Assembly (NCBI GenBank): GCA_002389505.1
Contig: DGPA01000019.1
Span: forward strand, 8 to 64,007
From: Halieaceae bacterium UBA4452
GTDB taxonomy: Bacteria; Pseudomonadota; Gammaproteobacteria; Pseudomonadales; Halieaceae
Reading direction: 5' to 3'
DNA length: 64,000 nt
Part shown: one piece after another, positions 56,748 through 64,000 of the stretch
How positions within the stretch are numbered: position 1 is the stretch's first letter
How the letters are laid out: every line of letters begins with the position of its first letter
Notes under the pieces: generated by a model
The model's input: only the letters and a program-made list of their open reading frames with translations
The model's database searches: none
Told to the model about the DNA's origin: nothing
Position numbers and translations under genes: made by a program

Positions 56748-58745
56748 TTAGTCGTTGCGCCAAAGACTGAAACCCTGTGCAGGCAGTGCTTGGCTACCGG
56801 CCAAAAAACGCGGATGTCCGTCTATAGCTAAGGTATGAGCCGTCGACCCATAATTAAAGGCAAAGGTCACGGCGCCACGGGACATCATGCGCACATCCTC
56901 AGGTTGGCAATGAATCTGCAGGCCCTGCTCAGTGAGCAAATCACCCAGCAAGCGGCGGAGGAAGGCATCATCGGTGAGGGTGGCGAGGTACAGGAATCGC
57001 CCCTTGCGTACCAACGCTGGACGATGGCCCTGATAAACCGCTTCGATCGAGGCACTTCCCACTGTCACATCTTCGCACCATAGGCGACTGTGGAACAGCT
57101 CATCGGCGTAGTAAAAGGGTTCTTGCACATCGGGGCGCAGGGTTTCTACCGAATTGACCTGCAGTTCGAGCCATGACTGTAACACCCCAGGCGCACGATT
57201 TGACGGAATCTGGAACTCCTCGGTTTTGGCGCCGGAACGCGGCCCGAACAGGAAGGTAGCCTCAGAGCGTTCGCAGGCTTCGAGCAGTTTGATGGATACG
57301 ATGGGCATCGCCGCCACCACCACTAATGCGTAGGGCGATAGATCGCTGGATTCACTGACAATATCAACAGCCATATTGAGTCGTCGCAGGGCTCGATAAA
57401 ACTGAAATGTCACCCCCGGTGCGTCGACGTCTTGGCCCTGCCGCTCAATCTCATAAACCCACTGGGCACTGACATCGGTCACTAGGGCTACCCTCGCCGT
57501 GGGTTGGGGCAGTGGCTCGCTCGCGAGCTGAGTCAATAGCTGAATAACGGTTTCGACTTCCTGCCAGGCGTCACTGTGCGAGCGATCGGATCGCAGTAAG
57601 CCTGCGTGCATTTGCTCTTGTGCAAATGCCGCCTGACGCCAGCGGAAAAAAGAGACGACATCGGCGCCATGGGCGATGGCTTCTAAGGTCCACAGCGCGA
57701 CCATTCCTGGGGCCGGTCGGGGATTGGAGGGCGCCCAGTTCACTGGCCCCGGCTGCTGTTCCATGATCCAAAAACCTCGACCTTTAAGGCCACGACACTG
57801 GTCGAGATAAAAAGCCGTGTAGTCGGGGTGGCCTGTGCGCATATAGCGTCGGGCGAGCTCCGGCTCATTGCGCCCCAACAGGAACTCGGTGCGCCCCAAG
57901 GGGTAGCTGTCATAGCTAACGAAGTCCAGAGGCGCAGCCAGAGCAAAGCAGTCGGTTTGGGTGTCCTTCATGGGAATGAAATTGTGGGTAATCCATTGAT
58001 TCGTGCTATGGCACCGTATGGTGCTGCAGCAATCCTGCTGGAAGCGCAAAATTTGATCTGAGGCAAAGCGTCGATAGGCGATTTGATGGGCTGGGTTGGG
58101 TTCTGTGACGGTACCAAACGGTAGTTCGATGGCACTAAAACTGGGGTATTCCATTGACCAAAAGACATTGCCCCAGGCGATATTTAATTGATCGATGGTT
58201 TCGTAGCGTTGCTGGCACCAGCGTTGGAATGCCTGGTGTGCGGCTGGAGATCGGCTGTGTGCCGTATCATGGCAGCACAATTCGTTGTCAATTTGCCAGC
58301 CGACAATGCGTTCATCATGGCCATAGCGTTCGGCCAACACAGTGGAAATGCGTAGGGCTTCTTCGCGGTATTTATCGCTGGAGAAATCGTAATGGCGACG
58401 GGATCCATAGCCACGAACCTGTCCAGTACTAACATCCCATGGCAGTATGTCGGGGTATTCGTCGACTAGCCACTTTGGCGGCGTCGCAGTGGGCGTACAG
58501 AGAACGACTCGCAGATTTTCCGCGGCAAGTGTTGCGATAGCGCGATCCAACCAATCAAAATCGAAGTGATTACGCTTTGGTTCAATTCGTGACCAGGCAA
58601 ACTCACCGATCCTGACGCAGCGTAAACCAAGGGCGCGCATTTGCGCAGCATCCTGGGCCCAATCTTGCTCAGGCCAATGTTCGGGGTAGTAGCACACCCC
58701 CAGTGCCAATGCAGAAAGGCCTCCGACATAGGCTTGCTCAGTCAT
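56748..58745 (-). CDS. Beta-galactosidase, glycoside hydrolase family 42
   Basis: GWQIDNE acid/base region and FWIMEQQ nucleophile region, with a trimerisation and C-terminal domain of appropriate length. ATG 58745 overlaps the galK stop by 8 nt. Confidence 0.88.
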   Translation of the reverse strand: MTEQAYVGGLSALALGVCYYPEHWPEQDWAQDAAQMRALGLRCVRIGEFAWSRIEPKRNHFDFDWLDRAIATLAAENLRVVLCTPTATPPKWLVDEYPDILPWDVSTGQVRGYGSRRHYDFSSDKYREEALRISTVLAERYGHDERIVGWQIDNELCCHDTAHSRSPAAHQAFQRWCQQRYETIDQLNIAWGNVFWSMEYPSFSAIELPFGTVTEPNPAHQIAYRRFASDQILRFQQDCCSTIRCHSTNQWITHNFIPMKDTQTDCFALAAPLDFVSYDSYPLGRTEFLLGRNEPELARRYMRTGHPDYTAFYLDQCRGLKGRGFWIMEQQPGPVNWAPSNPRPAPGMVALWTLEAIAHGADVVSFFRWRQAAFAQEQMHAGLLRSDRSHSDAWQEVETVIQLLTQLASEPLPQPTARVALVTDVSAQWVYEIERQGQDVDAPGVTFQFYRALRRLNMAVDIVSESSDLSPYALVVVAAMPIVSIKLLEACERSEATFLFGPRSGAKTEEFQIPSNRAPGVLQSWLELQVNSVETLRPDVQEPFYYADELFHSRLWCEDVTVGSASIEAVYQGHRPALVRKGRFLYLATLTDDAFLRRLLGDLLTEQGLQIHCQPEDVRMMSRGAVTFAFNYGSTAHTLAIDGHPRFLAGSQALPAQGFSLWRND

Positions 58746-59877
58746 ATGACCGCACCTCCAGTCCGGCACTGGCTTCACCGACTACCGTGGTGGCCTCAAG
58801 GCCGGTACGCGCTGTGTAGTGGCGGTTTACCGCGGTAACTAGCTGATGGACGTCGCTATGGTGGCATAAACAAACCACCGCGCCGCCAAACCCACCCCCT
58901 GTTTGACGGGCGGCGACGCGTTCCCCCAGTGCCTCTTTCGCAATCGCCACGAGGGCATTAGTAGCGGGCACGGTGACCTCAAAGCCATTCACTAACGACC
59001 GATGGCCTTCGGCTAATTCATGGGCAACCCCAGGCATATCTGCCGCGCGCAGCGCACTCACCGTGGCGTTAACGCGTTGGTTCTCTTCGATGACATGACG
59101 AGCGCGCTGGTATTGTTGGTCGGTCATCGCACCCCTAGCTGAATGGAGTAGGTCCATAGTCGCGTCGCGCAAAGACGGTATGGCCATGGCGGCACAGGCG
59201 CTCTCGCAGTCGGTTCGGCGGGCATTGTATTCACTGTCGACCAACTGGCGCGGATAGTTGGAGTCTAGGATAACGATTGACCAGTCGTTGGGTAGGGAGA
59301 CCGATGTCGTCTGCAGGGACTGACAGTCAAGCAGCAGCGCAGTGCCTCGCTGTGCCTTCACCGCTATCAGTTGATCCATAATGCCGCACTGGCAACCGAT
59401 AAAAACGTTTTCAGACAGCTGGCCAAGCCGGGCTAGCTCAGTCGCTGAAAGTTGCCAAGCAAAAGCCGCATTGAGGGCGCCTAGGAGTGCTACCTCCAGC
59501 GCAGCGGAGGAAGACAGGCCACGGCCCTGGGGAACATCACTCCACAGTGCCAGATCAAGCCCTTGGCAGGTATAGCCTTCAGCTCGCAGTATCGCTACTA
59601 CCGCCCGGACATAGTTGGCCCAGGGTTGAGTGCTCGGTAGGTAGGTATCGTGGCTGTGGAAGCGATCGACGTCGTGGGCGTATTCTCGAGAGATCACCGT
59701 GATTTCGCTGTCCTCTCGTCGTCGCCAAGCAACATGACAGCGAAACTGTAGCGCACAGGGTAACACCCAGCCATTGTTGTAATCAGTAAACTCTCCAATC
59801 AAGTTAACGCGACCGGGTGCTGAGGCTACGCCTTCGGGGGAGACACCAAACTGTTGGTTAAATAGCGTCGTATTCAT
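58738..59877 (-). CDS. galK: Galactokinase
   Basis: 379 aa with the [13 protein letters not shown] signature and the GHMP motif [14 protein letters not shown] overlap with the galT stop. Confidence 0.93.
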   Translation of the reverse strand: MNTTLFNQQFGVSPEGVASAPGRVNLIGEFTDYNNGWVLPCALQFRCHVAWRRREDSEITVISREYAHDVDRFHSHDTYLPSTQPWANYVRAVVAILRAEGYTCQGLDLALWSDVPQGRGLSSSAALEVALLGALNAAFAWQLSATELARLGQLSENVFIGCQCGIMDQLIAVKAQRGTALLLDCQSLQTTSVSLPNDWSIVILDSNYPRQLVDSEYNARRTDCESACAAMAIPSLRDATMDLLHSARGAMTDQQYQRARHVIEENQRVNATVSALRAADMPGVAHELAEGHRSLVNGFEVTVPATNALVAIAKEALGERVAARQTGGGFGGAVVCLCHHSDVHQLVTAVNRHYTARTGLEATTVVGEASAGLEVRSYD

Positions 59878-60938
59878 CCGCGCGCCATGGATGCGTGTTG
59901 AACGTCATCAGCTAATAAGCGCAGCTTCTCGGCTGCCGACTCCGGGGAGAGGTCTCTCTGAGATTCGCCCAACATCTCATAGCCTACCCTGTGTTTTTTA
60001 ACCTGGGCTGAGCGTAACAGAGGCGGAAAAAAATGCGCATGAAGACGCCAATGCGCCTCCTGCTGAGGTTCCGGTGCATTGTGCCAACCCATGGAATAGG
60101 GAAACGAAGAGCTAAAAAGCGCGTCATAAGCCCGAGTCAAAACAGCCATTGCCTCGGCTAACGTCGCGCGATTGTCTGCCGTGAGTTGACCGAAATGCGC
60201 TTGATTACCTTTTGTAATGAGCAGGGTTTCAAAGGGCCATTCTGCCCAATACGGTACGACCACCAACCAACCAGCATTCTCGAATACCACTCGCTCGCCG
60301 TCGTTGGACTCCCACGCTTGGTAATCGGCTAGCAATGGTGCGCCATGTTTTTCAAAATACTCCCGCTGGTGTTGATCTTCATTAGCGATGGTGGTGGAAA
60401 GATGTTCATGGGCCCAGATTTGCCCATGTGGATGGGGTTGTGAGCAGCCCATTAGCGCGCCTTTATTTTCAAATAGCGTCACGCAGCGGTAGTTTGCCGA
60501 CAGGGCAGAATATTCTTGCTGCAATGTCTTGAGTAGGTTTTCCAGCTCATCAAGACTCAGATCAGCCACCGTTCTATTGTGTCGATGATCAAAGCAAATC
60601 ACGCGACACTCGCCGCTGGCTATTTCGTCGCGCATAAAATCTGGTGTAGGGCCCTCTGACAGCCCCACGGCTGCGGATGCTGGTGTCGCTGACCCCTGAG
60701 CGGACAGCGCCGAAAAATCATTAGTGAAGACATGCGGCCCGCGGTAGTTCGGATTCTGCCCACCGCCGGAGCGTAAGGCCCCGGGGCACAGCGGGCAGTC
60801 AGGCACTCGTTCGGGTGCATGGGTAGGCTCGGCGGGACTGGTCTCGCCTGACCACGGCCGATCGCTGCGTTGCGGGCTGATTAATACCCAGTCGCCGGTC
60901 AAGGGATTTCTTCGCCTGTGGCTGGTGGTATAACTCAA
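59874..60938 (-). CDS. galT: Galactose-1-phosphate uridylyltransferase
   Basis: 354 aa with HRRRNPLTGDWVLISPQR, the zinc site CPLCPG and the active site PHPHGQIWA. TTG start with GGAGG 4 nt upstream. Confidence 0.93.
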   Translation of the reverse strand: MSYTTSHRRRNPLTGDWVLISPQRSDRPWSGETSPAEPTHAPERVPDCPLCPGALRSGGGQNPNYRGPHVFTNDFSALSAQGSATPASAAVGLSEGPTPDFMRDEIASGECRVICFDHRHNRTVADLSLDELENLLKTLQQEYSALSANYRCVTLFENKGALMGCSQPHPHGQIWAHEHLSTTIANEDQHQREYFEKHGAPLLADYQAWESNDGERVVFENAGWLVVVPYWAEWPFETLLITKGNQAHFGQLTADNRATLAEAMAVLTRAYDALFSSSFPYSMGWHNAPEPQQEAHWRLHAHFFPPLLRSAQVKKHRVGYEMLGESQRDLSPESAAEKLRLLADDVQHASMARG

Positions 60939-60954
60939 AACGCCTCCGAATATT

Positions 60955-63216
60955 ATGGACCGCAGGTGGCAACTATTTCACTCTGAGAGTGTATCTGAAG
61001 CGGGGGGTCGCGGTATCCTCTTACTGCAAGCTTATACTAGTCGTCGGGTGATTAACCCCAGAGCGGAGCATAGGGTCGTGCCAACCGAGAGTTCAGACCT
61101 CCAGTCGGTTTATCAGCTAAGCAACGGTGATACCTCGGTCATCGTTGATTGCCGTCAGCGATTACCCGCCATTGGCTATATTGGCCTTAAGCTTACCGAT
61201 GTCGATACCCGTGACCTAGCGCTGACTGATCGTCATGAGGCGCCCGCCTCGCTGGCGGAAGCCCCTCCTGTGCCGTTAATGCCCGATATCACCTGTGGAT
61301 TTCTGGGTCACCCAGGTCTAGCGGTTCGTAGAGATCGACAGTGTTGGCAGCTGCATCCGATAGTACAAAAAGCCTGGCAGCCTAATGACCATCAGCTCAT
61401 CCTAGAAGCTTTTTGTGCAGTGACTGAAATGACACTGCGTTATGAGCTAACGCTAGCCACCCGTAGTGCGGCACTGTCGATGAGGGTCGCTATTACCAAT
61501 GACAGTCCGTCAGAGGCATTAAGCCTCGATGCCTGTAACCTGACGCTACCCGTTCCTGACCACCTCGATGCCTATACCCATCTCAACGGCCGTTGGGGCT
61601 TGGAATGTCAATCTAACAGCCAGGCTCTCGATCAGGTCGCTTACTGTCGTGAAAATCGAACGGGGCGCAGTTCGCACCAAGGCTCGGCCAGTGTGGTGGT
61701 GCATGAAAAACACACGTCGGAGACCGGCGGTCATGCGCTTGCCTGCCAGTTGGCTTGGAGTGGTAATCACCAACTGCGGATAGAGCAAAGAGTAGACGGA
61801 CGACGTTACCTGCAGCTAGGAGAGCTGCTATCACCCGCAGAGGTAGTGCTTGACCCCGGCGCGACTTACGACTCGCCTACTGTGTGGTGCGTATTCTCGG
61901 ATGGGGGGTTTAGCGGGCTATCCCAGCAATGGTATAGATTACTACGACACGATTTCCCCAGGGTTGCTGCCTTGCGTAATAAACCGCGCCCGGTACAACT
62001 CAATACCTGGGAGGCCATGTATTTTCAGTTAGATGAGTCGCAGCTGCTAACGATGATAGAGCATGCGGCGCAGTTGGGGATTGAACGCTTTGTCCTCGAT
62101 GATGGCTGGTTTCAGGGGCGTGATACTGACCGTTCGTCCCTGGGCGATTGGTGGGTAGATTCGAGCAAGCTACCCAGTGGGTTGACCCCGTTGATCGATG
62201 CCTGTGAGCGTCATGGCATGGAATTTGGTCTATGGATTGAGCCGGAAATGGTTAGCCCCGACAGTGAGCTCTACCGTAGACACCCCGACTGGATACTTCA
62301 TCATGATCCAGCGCCTCGCTTACTCGCCCGACATCAGCTGGTGCTCGATCTGACCCGTCCAGAGGTGGACGCTTATTTATTTAAATCCATTAGCGGCCTG
62401 TTAGAAGAAACGGCTATCCGCTACCTAAAGTGGGATATGAATCGCGATATTCATCAGGCGGGTAATGCGTTGGGGCACCCGGCTGTCGCTCATCAGACCC
62501 GCGCGCTTTACCGACTAATGGATCGCATTAACTGCGCGTTTCCCGACGTGGAGATTGAGAGCTGTGCGTCTGGGGGAGGACGAGTTGACTGTGGAATCCT
62601 CCGTTACGTCAGTCGCTTTTGGCCCTCTGATAGCAACGATGCCCTCGACCGTCTGAGTGTTCAACGGGGGTTTTCATTATTTTTTCCGCCGGAGCTAATG
62701 GGCAGCCATATCGGACCAGAAACCTGCCACTTAACTGGACGTCGCCACTCGCTGGCGTTCCGTGGCGGAGTCGCTTTTTGGGGTCACCTTGGGATAGAGA
62801 TGGATGTTACAACGCTTAATCATCGCGATCGAGAAGCGTTGGCGCTGTTAGTGACGCTGCATAAAACCCATCGATCACTGTTACACACGGGGCAACCCCA
62901 GCGTCTGGACAGACCTAAACATGACATGGCTTGGGGGGTTGTAGCAGACGATCGGCGCGAGGCGCTGTTTTGCCATGCTCAGCTGGCGAGTGGCATCGAG
63001 CCGTTCCCTGCCCGCTATCGGTTCCAAGGGTTAGATGAACATATGCACTATCAGCTGCGGTGCATCTGGCCGCCCGTTGATGGCGGTTTTATGCGTGAGC
63101 ATGTCGATGCGATAGCCACGCGTCCTTGGTCGGGAAGCACATTGATGGCGCTAGGGATTGCGCTACCCATTCGGCATCCGGAAAGCGTGCTCATTTATCA
63201 TTTGAGTAGCCCTTGA
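60955..63216 (+). CDS. Alpha-galactosidase, glycoside hydrolase family 36
   Basis: LDDGWF, YLKWDMNRD (nucleophile motif) and SCASGGGR motifs. The real start is probably GTG 61078 (GGAG 9 nt upstream), because ATG 60955 sits on top of the divergent galT ribosome-binding site. Confidence 0.88.
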   Translation: MDRRWQLFHSESVSEAGGRGILLLQAYTSRRVINPRAEHRVVPTESSDLQSVYQLSNGDTSVIVDCRQRLPAIGYIGLKLTDVDTRDLALTDRHEAPASLAEAPPVPLMPDITCGFLGHPGLAVRRDRQCWQLHPIVQKAWQPNDHQLILEAFCAVTEMTLRYELTLATRSAALSMRVAITNDSPSEALSLDACNLTLPVPDHLDAYTHLNGRWGLECQSNSQALDQVAYCRENRTGRSSHQGSASVVVHEKHTSETGGHALACQLAWSGNHQLRIEQRVDGRRYLQLGELLSPAEVVLDPGATYDSPTVWCVFSDGGFSGLSQQWYRLLRHDFPRVAALRNKPRPVQLNTWEAMYFQLDESQLLTMIEHAAQLGIERFVLDDGWFQGRDTDRSSLGDWWVDSSKLPSGLTPLIDACERHGMEFGLWIEPEMVSPDSELYRRHPDWILHHDPAPRLLARHQLVLDLTRPEVDAYLFKSISGLLEETAIRYLKWDMNRDIHQAGNALGHPAVAHQTRALYRLMDRINCAFPDVEIESCASGGGRVDCGILRYVSRFWPSDSNDALDRLSVQRGFSLFFPPELMGSHIGPETCHLTGRRHSLAFRGGVAFWGHLGIEMDVTTLNHRDREALALLVTLHKTHRSLLHTGQPQRLDRPKHDMAWGVVADDRREALFCHAQLASGIEPFPARYRFQGLDEHMHYQLRCIWPPVDGGFMREHVDAIATRPWSGSTLMALGIALPIRHPESVLIYHLSSP

Positions 63217-63276
63217 CGGGGCGGATTGCCAGTAAGCGAGAGCGACAGGGTGCAGCGCTCCCATGATGATCACTGA

Positions 63277-64000
63277 TTAACGGGCGATGTTCGTATCGTC
63301 TGGCTGGGCAAATAAAATGGCAGGCGCCCAATACGGGGTTGCATGGAATACCCAGCGACTCACTAACAGCGCCGCTGACACACAAAAAATAACCGTGATA
63401 AACATCATGTGAATGTAATGGAAGGGAGCCCACACAAAGGAGAAAAATCCGTACAGCAAGACGCCAAGTACGACCGCAACAATGGCAGCACCCGCTGATA
63501 CGCCACGGAATAAAAGCCCGACAATAAACGCGGAAAGGATGGGCATACTGAGCAAACCATACAGTTCTTGTACTAAATTGATGATGCTCTCGGCTTGCGC
63601 ATAGACAGGTACCATGGCCAGTCCAATAACGACAAAAGCCACGGTAATGATGAGATTTAGGCGTCGCAAATTAGGTGCTGACCCAATAAATCGTTCATGA
63701 ATGTCGCAAACGTAGAGGGCGGTAGAGGCATTTAAAACACTGTTCACGCTGGTCAGTACAGCCGCAGCAATGGCGGCTGCGAAGGCGCCTGAAAGCCACA
63801 GCGGTAGGACATCGCCGACAATTCTACCGAAAGCGGCATCGCCGATATCGCCATACAGCTTGAAAGACACAATCCCTGGGATAACCACCATGGGCGGGAT
63901 AATCAACAGTCGGATAGCGGCCGCTGCCATCACCCCTTTTTGTCCCTCTTCCGCTGTGGGTGAAGCCATGGCGCGTTGGGTAATCGTCTGGTTGGTACCC
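63277..64000 (-). CDS. Sodium:solute (sugar) symporter, C-terminal part (5' end beyond the window)
   Basis: The reading frame is open to base 64000. It reads GTNQTITQRAMASPTAEEGQKG (SSF consensus around Q-R-x-x-A), followed by about 6 TM segments. Confidence 0.8.
   Translation of the reverse strand, partial: GTNQTITQRAMASPTAEEGQKGVMAAAAIRLLIIPPMVVIPGIVSFKLYGDIGDAAFGRIVGDVLPLWLSGAFAAAIAAAVLTSVNSVLNASTALYVCDIHERFIGSAPNLRRLNLIITVAFVVIGLAMVPVYAQAESIINLVQELYGLLSMPILSAFIVGLLFRGVSAGAAIVAVVLGVLLYGFFSFVWAPFHYIHMMFITVIFCVSAALLVSRWVFHATPYWAPAILFAQPDDTNIAR

Overview
This looks like a chromosomal window from a Gram-negative gammaproteobacterium; that taxon is only my inference from gene order, and background GC is roughly 55-60% by eye. 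I count about 50 protein genes, one tRNA and one ncRNA. I saw no rRNA, CRISPR, IS element, integrase or phage genes. Bases 1-34.4 kb are conserved housekeeping synteny: a malic enzyme (5' truncated), mrcA divergent from pilMNOPQ-aroK-aroB, gltBD, hemE, cysE, a methyltransferase/acetyltransferase pair, srkA, comF, tRNA-Pro(CGG), tkt-epd-pgk (minus strand), ilvA, ygfA-ssrS(6S RNA)-zapA-zapB-like (minus strand) and ygfB-pepP-ubiH-ubiI. Bases 34.4-64 kb are accessory or catabolic. They hold (1) a low-GC single-gene islet encoding an orphan cyanophycin-synthetase-like ATP-grasp protein without the Mur-ligase-like domain; (2) a periplasmic thioredoxin-like/heme c/copper-monooxygenase-like fusion, divergent from an orphan RND/MMPL-type exporter that is convergent with a PVA-dehydrogenase-type quinohemoprotein; (3) a gamma-glutamyl-amine (puu-like) module with an SSF transporter; (4) a four-gene D-amino-acid/D-glutamate salvage operon (secreted amidohydrolase, D-aminoacylase, DUF1611/DgcN-like, enolase-superfamily racemase); (5) acpH and an HDAC-family deacetylase; (6) a galactoside locus (GH42, galK, galT, GH36, and an SSF symporter cut by the window end). 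The best candidate for something undescribed is the ATP-grasp islet at 34.47-36.07 kb, followed by the redox/export neighbourhood at 36.1-42.5 kb. All calls rest on motif recognition and synteny read by eye. No database searches or computations were run beyond hand counts.
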